A stretch of DNA of 63,829 nt, the filler included, from Octopus bimaculoides (lineage: Eukaryota): NCBI RefSeq assembly GCF_001194135.2. It is 8 parts of 7 records of this genome, joined end to end, with 100 filler letters (N's around TTAATTAATTAA, not from the genome) between each part and the next. Parts side by side here need not be neighbours in the genome. Positions count along the whole stretch, not along the records: positions 13,123 to 25,600 come from NC_068992.1; positions 25,701 to 28,860 come from NC_069001.1; 6 more parts are not named here. One strand, 5' to 3'. A program made the translations under genes and the position numbers. Shown one piece after another: positions 13,620 to 26,302 of this stretch. The notes under the pieces were generated by a model, which was not told the origin of the DNA, made no database searches, and worked only from the letters and a program-made list of their open reading frames with translations. Every line of letters starts with the position of its first letter. The first letter of the stretch is position 1.

Positions 13620-13945
13620 ACACATGGCTCTAGAACATCAGGCTTACAATTGAGGGGTTACGAGCTTGATTTCCAGGCCAGGTTGTGTGTTGTGTTCTTG
13701 AGCAAGACACTTTCTTTCATGTTGTTCCAGTTCACAGAGCAGTAGAAATGAGTTGTGACATCACTAGTGCCAAACTGTATCAGCCTTTGCCCTTTCCTTG
13801 GATAACATCAGTGGTGTGGTGAGGAGAGGCTGGTTATGCATGGGCGACTGATGGTCTTCCACAAATAATCTTGTTCAGGCTTGTAACTCAGAGGGGAACT
13901 TTCTAGGTGCAATCCCATGATCATTCCTGATCAAAGGAGGTCTTT
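13620..13945 (+). mobile_element. tRNA-derived SINE family C
   Basis: tRNA-like head followed by GTGTTCTTGAGCAAGACACTT core-like segment; related reversed copies near 30950-31110 and 52400-52595. Confidence 0.6.
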
Positions 13946-14492
13946 TTATGTCATCCACATTTCACAACCATAGGCCATATTAGTAAGAGTTGAATGGTTC
14001 AAAAAGTTCCAACCAGCCTGAGAGCTGTGCTGGTCTCTAGTGTCTTCTTTGGCAAGGTTTCTACAGCTGGATGCCTTTCCTTGAGCCAACCACTTTACAC
14101 AGTGTACCAGGTGCTTTTTTTTTTTTCAAAACACAAGCACTGAAGAGGTTGAAAGTAACTCACAAGACAAGACTCGTCGACTGAATGGGGTTACAGTATT
14201 GAGGGAGCTATCTTTTTGCCAGATATTGAGAGGCTAAAGTATGATAGAAGGACCAGAACAGTTGCTTTGCTCTTGTACCCAATCTGTCCCAATCAAGTCT
14301 TCTCCACAACTCATTTAGCTGCTGTAAGTATATGAGAGAAGAACTACACATATTTCATCCCACTTTTTGAGCTACTAGTTATCCTCCTCCTTAAAACCAC
14401 TTCCTTTATCACTCATTCTGCATTCTCAATATCATCCCTTAACACTTTATTTTCCATTGAATGCCCCTTCCCCTTGAACACCCTCACACCTC

Positions 14493-14525
<33 letters not shown>

Positions 14526-14685
14526 TGTATGTATGTATGTATGCATGTCTGCCTGTCTGTCTATCCATCCATCCATCCATCCATCCATATATATNNNNNN
14601 NNNNNNNNNNNNNNNNNNNNNNNNNNNNNNNNNNNNNNNNNNNNNNNNNNNNNNNNNNNNNNNNNNNNNNNNNNNNNNNNNNNNA

Positions 14686-15103
14686 CTCTTTACTCTTTTA
14701 CTTGTTTCAGTCATTTGGCTGTGGCCATGCTGGAGTACTACCTTTAGTCGAGCGAATCGTCCCCAGGACTTATTCTTTGTAAGCCTGGTACTTATTCTAT
14801 CGGTCTCTTTTGCCAAACTGTTAAGTTACAGGGACGTAAACACTCCGCCATCGGTTGTCAAGTGATGGTGGGGGGGGGGACAAGCACAGACACTCAAACA
14901 TATACACACACATACATACATACATATGTACATATATACGACTGGCTTCTTTTAGTTTCCGTCTACCAAATCCACTCACAAGACTTTGGTCAGCCCGAGG
15001 CTATAGTAGAAAACACTTGCCTAAGGTGCCATGCAGTGGGAATGAACTCGGAACCGTGTGGTTGGTAAGCAATCTACTTACTACACAGCCACTCCTGCGC
15101 CTA
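14686..15103 (-). mobile_element. SINE family A, full length
   Basis: Reverse complement of the TAGGCGCAGGAGTGGCTGTG...GAAACAAGTAAAAGAG consensus. Confidence 0.92.
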
Positions 15104-15564
15104 TGTATATATGTAATATAAAATAATATATATATATATATGTGCGCATATATGGGTACAGGACATCACCAACTGTGTAAACATGAAATATGAAAACAAA
15201 TGAGTTAAATATGTAAACAATGAAAGTAAAAAATGGAAAACAGAACGAGTAAACACAGAGAAAGGAGCCTTTATCAGTTGTCGGCTGTCTCTCGCTACTG
15301 CTCATTTCGAGCATTCAATGACAATATGGGTCTTCGAAGACAATTGCGCCTATGAATTCTAAAATAAAATTTAGGATTTATGGAGGATCAAAGTTGGGAA
15401 AAAAAAACAGGACAGTGGAGACATATAAGGAAACCGAACAAAAGGAAACATGGAGGGTCGTTAGACCAGAACGAGAGGAAAATAGTGAATGTTGGGAAGT
15501 GAAATTAATGGGTTCTAAGAAATCAATATTGATATTGAATTAACAATTAACTGAGGTATCTTAC

Positions 15565-15669
15565 CAAAATCATATTGAAGACACAACTGTAGTTTGGGCC
15601 ACAAGGTCAGCAGAGCAAATGAAGCATAAAAATGAACATCATAAGTATTGTACATCCGATATTCATGAC
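15565..15669 (-). CDS. GBA2: Non-lysosomal glucosylceramidase exon (7th seen): [35 protein letters not shown]
   Basis: AG/GT boundaries, 105 bp, phase 1-1, conserved GH116 motif [15 protein letters not shown]. Confidence 0.95.
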
Positions 15670-16894
15670 CTTTAAAGGAAAACACGAAAAAAGACAAAAA
15701 AAAGAAGTTTTTTTCATATTACGAGTCCAAACACTTTTTGAATAATGCTTTTACGGAGAATGGGTTGTATTTTCTGTTTACTATCTTGAGTATTTACATA
15801 TTTGTGAATTACATTTAATTTTATGGTTTTACATTATTTAATATTTTTTCATCTTGTACAATTTCTGTCTTGATAGCATACAATTGTAATTAGATAAGAA
15901 TTACTGTGGAAGAAATAGTTTGAGCTTGTGTTTCCTTTGTAATTAAAATTTTTTTTCCCCTGTTGCTAATTACTCAAGTATGAAGTGAATGCAGCTGCTA
16001 CTCTAGACTAAGTAGCCAAAGCTAAACAGAGAAATGGCATTTAGCCCATTCTGTCAATTTTAAAGCTTATGTTAATCTGAGTAGCCAATTCTGTCAAGTT
16101 TATCCTCTCCATTCATTGGTAAGTCAACAGTAATATTTTTGTGTTTCCAACTTAATCCCATCTTATCTTACCATTGAGAATCAATGTTCTCAAGTCTCCT
16201 TTTACAATTTTTCAAATCTTGCTTGATCCACTTCTTCATAAGTAAATGCAATGTCAATTTATAGCACTTTCTCCAAAAATATTTGGTTCATTTAATTTCT
16301 GAGAGAACTATATACAATCAGTTGGATTTACCTGAGTTTATTTGGAAATCTCCCAATATAATAATGAGCATAGTGTTTTTATTTATTTGTGTATATATAC
16401 ATATATATATATGTATATATGTCCAGGATCACACCGGATGCAGAGGAGGAAAGAAAATAGTAATTCAATGAAGGAGAAGTAGTGAGAGTAATAGTCCTGA
16501 TTGAGAGGGAGTGAGAGAAAGGAAGGGGCGATAGACGAATAAGGAAGGAAGGGGTGAAAAATAAATCAGCGTTTCAACTCTGTGTGAGTATACATGAGTA
16601 TGTGTGTGTATGTACAAGGGAAGTATGTGAATGTTTGTATGTGTGATTATTATGTACCTTATTTATATATAAAATACTACAGTTAGCTGTCATTATTGAC
16701 GGTACGTGGTCAGCTAGTACTATAAGAGTCAACCATTCACATGTGATCATTTCAAAGAGAAACGAAACTAAACACCAATCTATCTGGTCCACCACTCACC
16801 TGTTTCTTCCAACTCGACATTCAACTTCATCTCAGAAATAATAGAAATGAAATGTTTATAACAGAATATTAAAAGACTGAATTAGTTTAGTTAC

Positions 16895-17061
16895 CTTCAA
16901 GATAAGCAAACTTGCCAAATTCTTGTATCACAGCAGGTATTTCTTCTTTGGTTTCAGAAGAGAGATCAGAGTTTGGAACAGGATCCAACCACACAGTGCC
17001 ACCATCACTCACATAATACAATTCATTAAATAAAGCTGACTTGTACCAAGCAGGAAGATCG
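16895..17061 (-). CDS. GBA2: GBA2 exon (6th seen): [26 protein letters not shown]...GKFAYLE
   Basis: AG/GT boundaries, 167 bp, phase 2-1, [14 protein letters not shown] motif. Confidence 0.95.
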
Positions 17062-17674
17062 CTAAGACAACAAGAGCAAAAAGATTTACAGTAATTTTGT
17101 TAACACTAAAAAAAAACCCCCAAAAAAGCCTAGGGAGGAGATTGTTGATCAAACATTAGATGAGGCACAGCTAATAGTTCAGAGAGGATTCCAATATCAG
17201 AAGTGAGCTTTAGCATGGTGAAGGTGTTGGTGCATGTGTGTGTGTGTGCATATGTATTTCTATAAATGAACCACCCAACTACATAGACTGAGGTATGGCC
17301 AAGGGGTTATGAAGTTTACTTTGTAATCTCAAGATCCTTGATTCAATACCACTTCATGGCTTATTGGGTTAGAGTCTTTTCAGAGTAAAGGGTCAGCGTG
17401 TTGTACCACAAGACCCACATCTTGTGACAGAAGATGGGAAGAAAGAAATGACATGGAACCTTATTTGGTCAATTGAACCCGTAATACACAACCCTGTCAC
17501 TCATTGTGTATTATACTGATTCTGACTGAGAATTATGTTATGTTAAGGATTCACATGACTAAGGAATACTCAGCCACCTACATTCCAGTTCAATGAGGAG
17601 ATAAATTAATTGATTGATCAAATGGGTGCTCTAATATGTTGCTTTCAACAAGAGAGTCCATCATACAAGGAGGC

Positions 17675-17885
17675 AAGCTGGCTGAAACGGTAGCACACCT
17701 GGCGAAATGCTTAGCAGTATTTCGTCTGTCTTTATGTTCTGAGTTCAAATTCTGCTGAGGTCGACTTTACCTTTCATCCTTTCGGGGATGATAAATTAGG
17801 TACCAGTTGCGTACTGGAGTCGATCTAATCGACTGACCCCCCTCCCCCAAATTTTCAGGCCTTGTGCCTAGAGTAGAAAAGAGAG
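17675..17885 (+). mobile_element. SINE family B
   Basis: GTTCTGAGTTCAAATTCTGCTGAGGTCGACTTTACCTTTCATCCTTTCGGGG core. Confidence 0.88.
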
Positions 17886-17912
17886 TCCATCATACGTTCA
17901 TATTATACTTAC

Positions 17913-18038
17913 TTGTTCTGTAAGACAGTGTTCTGCCAAGCTTCAATCTTCTGTTCCCAGGTTTTGTAGTTATTCAAGGCATAACTACAGAGTTGAGGTG
18001 CCGCTTGAGCTGTGTGGCCAAACCAGCGTGTGTAACGT
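17913..18038 (-). CDS. GBA2: GBA2 exon (5th seen): RYTRWFGHTAQAAPQLCSYALNNYKTWEQKIEAWQNTVLQN
   Basis: AG/GT boundaries, 126 bp, phase 2-2, RRYTRxFG...WExxIxAWQ motif. Confidence 0.95.
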
Positions 18039-18159
18039 CTTCAAAAGAAAATAAATAGCAAACGAGTAGCAGTCAAAGTCAATTGACTTTTCAAACATAT
18101 AAAGACACTTCTGTATAGGATTCTACTTTATAGAATGTAAATCAGGAGCTAATTAATAG

Positions 18160-18500
18160 TCAAACCATTAATATAAACCACATCTGTTGCCATGTAGAAA
18201 ACCCCCTGTGCTGGTCCCACGTATAAAAAGCACCCATGCCATGTAAAAAGCACCCATGCTGGAGCCACATATAAAGTGCCTGTACTGGTGCCATGTATGG
18301 AGCACTGGTACTAGTTCCACATAAAAAGTACACAGTCCACTTTGTAAAGTGGTTGGCATTACGAAGGGCATCCAGCCATGGAAACCATGCTGAAACAGAC
18401 AACTGGAGTCTTGTGCAGCTCTCTGGCTTACCGGCTCCTGTCAAACCATTCAACCAATGCCAGCAGGGAAAACAAATGTTAAATGGTGAGGACGATGATG
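18160..18500 (+). mobile_element. SINE-like family E
   Basis: GGTTGGCATTACGAAGGGCATCCAGCC motif and (GAT)n-like tail. Confidence 0.75.
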
Positions 18501-18739
18501 GTGATGATGAGGGTGACATTTGTCACACTCTAGTGTACTTGCTTACCCATCCACCCTTTCTCTTCTTATTCTCTCTTCTCCTATTCACCCTGTAACTTGA
18601 GGGCATGCCTTCACCATCTCTTTCTCTCATTTTCCAGATGGTGAAACCATTTATTATTCACCCACCTCTTCAGCATGACCCCGCTGTTGCTGTCCCCCTA
18701 TCATACTTTCGTAACCCTCAATGCTATACTTCATTCAGT

Positions 18740-18990
18740 TGAGGGGAGCCTTGTCTTGTTGGCACTTGGGGGCCTCATCAGTACTGGTGCCATGACAAAA
18801 AGCACCCAATACATTCTGTAAAGAGGGTTGCATTAGGAAGGGCATCCAGTTGTAGAAAGCATGCCAAAGGTTAACATTGCAGAGCACAGTGCAGCCCTCA
18901 TGCTGGTTGGTTTCTGTCAAACCATCCAACCCATGCCAGCATGAAAAAAGGGATGTTAAATGATGATAATGATGATGATGATGATGATGA
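18740..18990 (+). mobile_element. SINE-like family E
   Basis: GGTTGCATTAGGAAGGGCATCCAG...CAACCCATGCCAGCATG...GTTAAA(TGA)n. Confidence 0.75.
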
Positions 18991-19139
18991 TGAGGAGGAG
19001 GAGGAGGAGGAGGAAGAGGATGAAGGTGATGGTGGCAGTGGGGTATATTTCTTCTCTTTATTCTTTGTTATAAATTGCAACATGTGCAGATGAATTGGTA
19101 TTTCTATATTTCCCAACATTCATCACTTAATTGTGATGT

Positions 19140-19185
<46 letters not shown>

Positions 19186-19352
19186 GAGAGGGGGGGAGAG
19201 AGAAAAAGAGGAAGAGAGAACTGCATATTGGGGTTTAAGTAGCCTTGATCACTCTGGTTCAGATTAACATTTCTAGAAATCAGATTGTCCAGTTTCAGGA
19301 TTGAGAAACTGGACAATCTGATTTCTAGTGTAAAAAAAAAAAAACATTGAGA

Positions 19353-19525
19353 TAGGCGCAGGAGTGGCTGCGTGGTAAGTAGCTTGCTTACCAACCACAT
19401 GGTTCTGGGTTTAGTCCCACTGCATGGCATCTTGGGCAAGTGTCTTCGACTATAGCCTCGGGCCGACCAAAGCCTTGTGAGTGGATTTGGGAGACGGAAA
19501 CTGAAAGAAGCCTGTCGTGTATATG

Positions 19526-19561
<36 letters not shown>

Positions 19562-19789
19562 CATGTGTGTGTGTGCAAGTGTGTGTGTGTGTGCGCGTTT
19601 GTCCCCCTAGCATTGCTTGACAACCGATACTGGTGTGTTTATGTCCCTATCACTTAGCAGTTCAGCAAAAGAGACCGATAGAATAAGTACTGGGCTTACA
19701 AAGAATAAGTCCCGGGGTCGATTTGCTCGACTAAAGGCGGTGCTCCAGCATGGCCACAGTGTCAAATGACTGAAACAAGTAAAGAGTAA
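19353..19789 (+). mobile_element. SINE family A, full length
   Basis: TAGGCGCAGGAGTGGCTGCGTGGTAAG head through GACTGAAACAAGTAAAGAG tail. Confidence 0.92.
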
Positions 19790-20482
19790 ACAAAAAGGCT
19801 AAGTGAGAATATTAATTAGCCCAATGGCTTATGATAAATCACTAAAACGAAGTTCTCAAGCTTGCTTTAGAAGTTGTTTCAACTCTGATACAAAACTGAG
19901 AAAAATGCAAATTTCTTTGAATGCTGGGTGCTACTAAGTGTGTAGCACCTGAGCACCTGAGCAGGAAGCTGGGAATCTGGTGTTTTGAACATCTGAACCA
20001 CTAAACTTCTTAATGTCATAATTTCTGGATTAATTTTCTTCGCTAGCTTAACCCTTTCATAATTGTATTTCTTTTGAGATGCTCTGTGTTTCTTTCAATT
20101 ACTCTAAATATAACAAAGAATTTAGTAAAATAACTTCATTATTATCATTAAGCTTGTGTTAGGAACATAAATTGTGACTAAGGTCTGGTGGAAGATTTTA
20201 ATTCAAAACTTATGGAAACAAGACGTTTGTACTCAGAGCCAGTTTCAGCCAGGTTGGTAACGAAAAGGTTAAGTAATACAGAATATATGACATCATATTT
20301 TAATTTTCCAGTGGCCCTATTCTGTGGCATTCCATCCATGTAACCTAAATTTGATTAAAATACTTGATGTGCACCCACCAGATGAATCACTCTACATCTC
20401 ATTCACATCTAGTTTATGATATTCTATTCAAATATACTTTACAAAACCAAAGATATGTTTTGCATATTTTCAGAAAATCAAT

Positions 20483-20665
20483 ACTCTTTTACTTGTTTCA
20501 GTTATTTGACTGTGGCCATGCTGGAGCACCACCTTATTCTTTGTAAGCCTAGTACTTATTCTATCGGTGTCTTTTGCCGAACCGCTAAGTTACGGGGATG
20601 TAAACACACCAGCATTGGTTGTCAAGCGATGTTGGGGGGACAAACACAAACATACACACACATAG

Positions 20666-20696
<31 letters not shown>

Positions 20697-20880
20697 TATA
20701 TATATATACACACACACATATACGATGGGCTTCTTTCAGTTTCCGTCTCCCAAATCCACTCAAGGCTTTAGTCGGCCCGAGGCTATAGTAGAAGACACTT
20801 GCCAAAGGTACCATGCAGTGGGACTGAACCCGGAACCATGTGGTTGGTAAGCAAGCTACTTACCACACAGCCACTCCTAT
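20483..20880 (-). mobile_element. SINE family A, full length
   Basis: Reverse complement of the family A consensus. Confidence 0.9.
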
Positions 20881-20901
20881 GGCTTTCTTTGTATATTTTA
20901 C

Positions 20902-21073
20902 CTTCGATAATTCTGTCCTTTTGATTTGAAATGAATATTTGGCATGTCCCAACTGAGGGAGAATTCCATTTGCTTAGAAGGGCCACCAGATGCAACTGCA
21001 CATTTGCAACATACACCTACTGCACATTCACTGTTTTTCTTTGTTGGTTCACTTTTACTTTCAAGGTCAGCTT
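20902..21073 (-). CDS. GBA2: GBA2 exon (4th seen): ADLESKSEPTKKNSECAVGVCC...MEFSLSWDMPNIHFKSKGQNYR
   Basis: AG/GT boundaries, 172 bp, phase 1-2, EFSLxWDMP motif. Confidence 0.93.
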
Positions 21074-21411
21074 CTACAAGACAATAGAAAGAGCAAACAA
21101 ATATAATAAAAAAAATAAACTGGTGAAAAACGAGACCCAAACATGTGAAAAGTATGTTTCCTGACATTTTAAAGAAGAATGTTAACACTTTAGCATTTAA
21201 ACTAGCCATACCAGGCCCAAATATTCATGCTGCTTTATAATCAAACAGGGCAGATCTGGTCTTTCATATCTACTTTACAATGCAATTCTGAAAAATAAAC
21301 AATCACATCATAAAAATCTCAAAGCTACAAAACAATGCATGATTAATTTTAAATAATGTGAATAAATAAGAATTACATTTGATAAAGTAATCATCATCAT
21401 CATCACCATCA

Positions 21412-21535
21412 TTTAATGTCTGTTGTCCATGCTGGCATGGGTTGGACAGTTTGACCAGAGTTGGCATGCTGGAGAGCTGCATCAGGCTCCAGTCTGGTTT
21501 CTATGGCTGGGTGCCCTTCCTAACACCAAATCTGA
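21412..21535 (-). mobile_element. SINE-like family E 3' fragment
   Basis: (CAT)n-TTTAATGTC..CCATGCTGGCATGGGTTGGAC...GGTGCCCTTCCTAACACCAA. Confidence 0.7.
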
Positions 21536-23140
21536 ATGTTAAAGGGTTAAGCTCTTGTTTTGGGGTATTAGATAATACATGAATTTATTTCAAGTAAAAT
21601 TCTCATTACTTAATAAACTAATTCTAACTGTTTAGTGGTGAATGTAATCCACCACAAACTTAATGTAGACTGCAGTGGTGGATGTAAACCAGACTTTTCA
21701 GTTGGCTGTCTAGTGCCGTGATCACTTGGTTATTTTACATCTATTGGGCCATACATGAGTTCATAATTCTTTTTTCCATAAACACAAGGCCTGAAATTTT
21801 GTGGGAGTCAGTTACATCAACCTCAGGACTTAAATGGTACTTATTTTATCAATCCTGAAAGGATGAAAGGCATCGACCACGTTCGGATGGTGCTTTTTAT
21901 GTGCCACCGGCACGGGGAGCCAGTCAAGCAGCACTGGCAATGACCCACACATGAATGGTGCTTATTGCGTTCCACCAGCACAGGAGCCAGTCAGGCAGCA
22001 CTGGCATCGGCCACAACTACAATTTCCATTTTTGATTTCGAATTGATTGAGATTCTGATTGTGATTTTGATTTTGATTTTACTTGACTCAATGGGTCTCC
22101 TCAAGCACGGCTGTCACCCGAGAATGTGGTATCATACTATGACTGCGAGCAGCTAGAAGAACCTTTAAGGTTGCTTAAATGTTAGGCCACATCCGTAGTG
22201 AAGATCTAATGAATACACGTTTTCAACATAAACAAAACTACATCACAATGACTGGCTTATCTCTTCAGAATCTCAAAACACTTAATCTCCGAACAACTCT
22301 TAATTCTGTATAAAGTTCATGTGAGATTCACAATGGGATACTATATCCATGTTTAGAATAGATCTGGTAGTGCACACATCCTAGACCACAGTTAAAGAAG
22401 GGCCAATCAACTGACTGACAAAAAGTTACTTGCCAACAAACTGCAATATTTGGCGCATATATGTGCTTTGTCCTTGTGCAAATGAGAGAGTCAGGGAAAG
22501 CGAACAGTATACAATGAACACTGTATTTAATGGACTGATATAAATGTATGGCAGATTGATAGAAATGTATGGCAGATTGATAGAAATGTATGACGAAGTG
22601 TTTGAAATGAAACATGAAACTGAGTCAGAAAAATCTTTAGCAGCAAAACATGACAGAAAGGTAATGCTATGAAATACTGATTTCAAATTTTAGCACCAGG
22701 CCAACAATTTGAGGGGATGGGGTAAATTGATTACATCAACTTCAGTCTTTATCATCAGCCAGTGTTTTAAATCCGGGTTTTGTCCCCGTTAACGGTGGGT
22801 GGCCGGATCTACCTCAATGCCTTAGCAACTTAGGTAGGCAGGTGCAGCCCACCCCAACCTTTGGGCTGGCTGGCGCCCATCCTCCTTTGCTATCATGAGG
22901 CTTTTTTAGAGCTGGATTTTCTACTGGGAGCATGCCATTGCTTACCCGACAACCCCAGCAGAATTTGAAAATGCTATAAAATATTGGTAGATGTCTTTGA
23001 TAGAATAAACAAAATATGATGTTAATAGAATAGCAACAACAATAGTAGTTGGACTAGGTTTCATAAGTTAAATGAAGAGCCATCAGATAAAGTGCAGACG
23101 TCAGTGAAAATAAGGAAAGTAGTATATACTTTGTATTTAC

Positions 23141-23240
23141 CACTTTTGGTGAGGGAGCCATCTTCATAAAGATCTTGCCAAATGTCTTCCCCAGGACCAC
23201 AGGGATCAAAATACACACAGTGACTGACTGAGAGGTCAGG
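23141..23240 (-). CDS. GBA2: GBA2 exon (3rd seen): PDLSVSHCVYFDPCGPGEDIWQDLYEDGSLTKS
   Basis: AG/GT boundaries, 100 bp, phase 0-1, FDPxxxGxxxWQDLxxDG motif. Confidence 0.93.
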
Positions 23241-23599
23241 CTGGAAAAACAGAAAGATGGTGAAGTGAAGAATGAAGGCAAGAAATGAGGAAAGAAAGCA
23301 ATGTAGCAAAATAAAGGAATAACAAAAATAAGTGCAAAAGAAATGAGGCTTTGTTTTCCATCTTCTCCATGACTTTGAGAAGAGGAAGAGCAAAATATTT
23401 AATTCATTGCTCTCTCTTTCTCATCTTTCAAGTCTTCACCAACCTTATGTGAGGGTCCTGTAAAACTACATATTTTCCATTTCATAAATCAAGAAGTACA
23501 AAAATAGAAGAGGGGAAAAAAGGAGAAAAAAAAGAGGAAAAGAAAGAAGTTGGAACAGGAAGTGAGAAATAGAAGGCAGAATGTGAATCTACAAACAGA

Positions 23600-23661
23600 A
23601 AGGAGGAGAAGAAGAAGAAGAAGAAGAAGAAGAAGAAGAAGAAGAAGAAGAAGAATAAGAA

Positions 23662-23692
<31 letters not shown>

Positions 23693-23706
23693 AAGAAGAA
23701 GAAGAA
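23600..23706. repeat. (AGA)n trinucleotide tract
   Basis: Direct reading; intronic, just 3' of a GBA2 donor site. Confidence 0.95.
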
Positions 23707-23739
23707 ACAATAGAAAAAGAGAGAGAAAAACAGTTTTAC

Positions 23740-23985
23740 CTTGTGTTTGACAGCTATTCCATAGACACATGGCATATCTCGAAAAGATTGGTGAATCTGT
23801 ACTCCAGACACTGGTTCAGACGGAGAATCATTGGATACATGGAAATACTCATTCCAGCAGCCACCTGCTTTGTCTTCTTTGACACCACGACCATTTTTGA
23901 AGGTAAACATAATGCTAACTTCCAGATCTTCCTCCCCGAGATTCTCAGCTGTCCACACAAACACTGCACAGGGAAGGCTGGTATC
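23740..23985 (-). CDS. GBA2: GBA2 exon (2nd seen): DTSLPCAVFVWTAENLGEEDLEVSIMFTFKNG...YGIAVKHK
   Basis: AG/GT boundaries, 246 bp, phase 0-0, SLPxxVFVW..EN..VSIMF motif. Confidence 0.95.
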
Positions 23986-24112
23986 CTACAAAATATAGGA
24001 AGTTAAACTCACAAATGGTTCAACCCTTCATTAGATAAATTAATAATTTATTAAACACTTAAATATCTGGAACAAGTTCTTGTTAAGAAGGTTATAATTT
24101 TAACAATATAGT

Positions 24113-24497
24113 TGCAGGTGAAGCTGTGTGGTAAGAAGTTTGCTTCCCAACCACATGGTTCCAGGTTCAGTCCCACTGCGTAGCACCTTGGGCAAGTGTC
24201 TTCTACTTTAGCCTCGGGCTGACCAAAGCCTTGAAGTGGCTTTGGTAGATGGAAACTGAAAGCAGCCCATTGTATGTAAACATATATCTGTGTGTGTGAG
24301 TGTCTTTGTGGCTCTATTTGTCCCCAGCAACCAGTGTTGGTGCATTTATGTCTCTGTAACTTAGCAAGTCAGAAAAAAGAGCCCAGCAGAAAAAGTACAA
24401 GGATTAAAAAAAAGAGAAGTACAGGGATCAATTTGTTTGACTAAAATTCCACAAAGCAGAACTACCCCAGCATGGCCACAGCCTAATGACAAAAGAT
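24113..24497 (+). mobile_element. SINE family A, diverged
   Basis: Head and core recognisable, 3' half degenerate. Confidence 0.85.
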
Positions 24498-24824
24498 AAA
24501 AGACAAATGATATAAACTGTTTCTTTTGATGGGCTTCTTCTTCTTCTTCTTCTTCTTCGATTATCACCAGCTATCTTACTCCTGATTGTCCAGATAGACT
24601 GGACTGAGATTAAGAATTTCTATTACTAAACTAAAGGTATTTTGTTCTTATTGACCAAGCCTTTGTCTGTCTATTTGCCCAGTGGCCATGCATCATATAA
24701 GCTACACATTCCCATTGAATGTAATCCTAGATAGACTATGCCTGAAAAAAGAAACTGACACAGTCATAAGTCTGTTTGATTAGGGCTGACCCAGGTTTCA
24801 ATAACAACAAAGAATAACTTTCAC

Positions 24825-25049
24825 CTGATATTCATGGGGGAAGATTGGTGAAACTTGGCGGCATGTCAGTCGGACATTGTGCTCTGGAATATCATATATT
24901 GTCCAAGAGTGAGGATAAAGGGCATGATATATCGCATGATCTGGATCTAGGTTCCATTTCCAGCAATTCAAACATTTATTATCTGGTTTCTTCACTGACA
25001 GAACCTCTTGGTAGACAGTCTTGTTTCTCTTTCGAATGCAGACAATAAA
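24825..25049 (-). CDS. GBA2: GBA2 exon (1st seen; upstream exons absent): FIVCIRK...YHALYPHSWTIYDIPEHNVRLTCRQVSPIFPHEYQ
   Basis: AG/GT boundaries, 225 bp, phase 0-0, YHALYPxxW and LTCRQxSPIxPHxY motifs. Confidence 0.95.
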
Positions 25050-25157
25050 CTGTGGATGTGTAAAACAAAGAAAAGAAAATGAAAATTTGATTTCATATAT
25101 TGACATTATTGACATTATTTACATTTGACGGATATTCATCCTCATCTTGTCTGTTGT

Positions 25158-25205
25158 AAACACAACGTTTCAGCTTATACACCCTCCAGCTTTCATCAGG
25201 TGTCT
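25158..25205 (-). ncRNA. Minimal type I hammerhead ribozyme motif (Penelope terminal-repeat type)
   Basis: AGACAC-CUGAUGA-A-AGCU..AGCU-GAAAC-GUU-GUGUUU; stem I pairs over 6 bp, stem III is a palindromic AACGUU. Confidence 0.65.
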
Positions 25206-25374
25206 TGGAGAAATTGCGAAGACGAGAAAAGAATGAAACTAAGATGCTCCACTGGATGTGTGCATTGTTAGTGTGTGTATATGACAAAGTGCAAATATGT
25301 GAGTGTGTGTGTGTGTGTGTGTAAAAATATACACACACACATATATACACATGCATATACATACACATATATAT

Positions 25375-25437
<63 letters not shown>

Positions 25438-25462
25438 TATACATATATAGATAAACACACAC

Positions 25463-25499
<37 letters not shown>

Positions 25500-25600
25500 G
25501 ATTTTCATATATATACACATGCATACATATATATACACATACATATATATACATATATATATATACACACATACATATATATATATATATGTATATACAT

Positions 25601-25700
25601 NNNNNNNNNNNNNNNNNNNNNNNNNNNNNNNNNNNNNNNNNNNNTTAATTAATTAANNNNNNNNNNNNNNNNNNNNNNNNNNNNNNNNNNNNNNNNNNNN
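25601..25700. other. Artificial contig spacer
   Basis: 44N-TTAATTAATTAA-44N. Confidence 0.97.
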
Positions 25701-25838
25701 TATTTTGTCTGTCTTTACGTTCGGAGTTCAAATTCCGCCGAGGTCGACTTTGCCTTTCTTCCATTCGGGGTTCGATAAATTAAGTACCAGCTGCGTACTG
25801 GGGTCGATCTAATCGACTGGTCCCCTCCCCCAAAATTT
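25701..25838 (+). mobile_element. SINE family B
   Basis: GAGTTCAAATTCCGCCGAGGTCGACTTTGCC...GGGGTCGATCTAATCGACTGG. Confidence 0.88.
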
Positions 25839-26302
25839 CGTTTGTACTCTTTCGTTTGTACTCTTTCTGCACGAGACTTTCGCAAGCACTGACAATATGT
25901 GTCACGCTTTCGACCCTCTTCCTGCACATTCTGCAGAGGTTCGTTGCACTTGTGTGTGGTATATATCCTTTTTCACTGAGTTGGTATTTAATGCCTAATC
26001 CTAGGCAGTGATTATTAAGCTTTCAGTCTTCTTTTGTAAGTCACTCTTGGTGACCCATCTCCATGAAGCTTCTTGGTCTTTCAAGTTGTTAGTTTCACGG
26101 TGGAATTGACCACGCAATTCCATGCGGAGGAAGGTTTTTTCTCTCTCGTTGGCTATTCGTCATCGAACATATGTGTGTGTGTGTGTGTGTGTGCGCGCGC
26201 GCGCTCGTGTGTGTGTGTATGTGTGCGTGTACATGCCTGTGCATTTTGTATGTATTTCTTAAACTGGTATTTTAAAAATCTTATTTCTTTCTATTTTAAC
26301 AG

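Noticed and set aside
19353-19430. tRNA-like A/B box heads
   Set aside because: They continue into SINE bodies and lack a full cloverleaf; not tRNA genes
25870-25960. Signal-peptide-like frame LSTLFLHILQRFVALVC ending at a phase 1 GTATAT, compatible with the first receptor exon
   Set aside because: No in-frame ATG before the adjacent SINE and a weak donor; not supportable as a CDS
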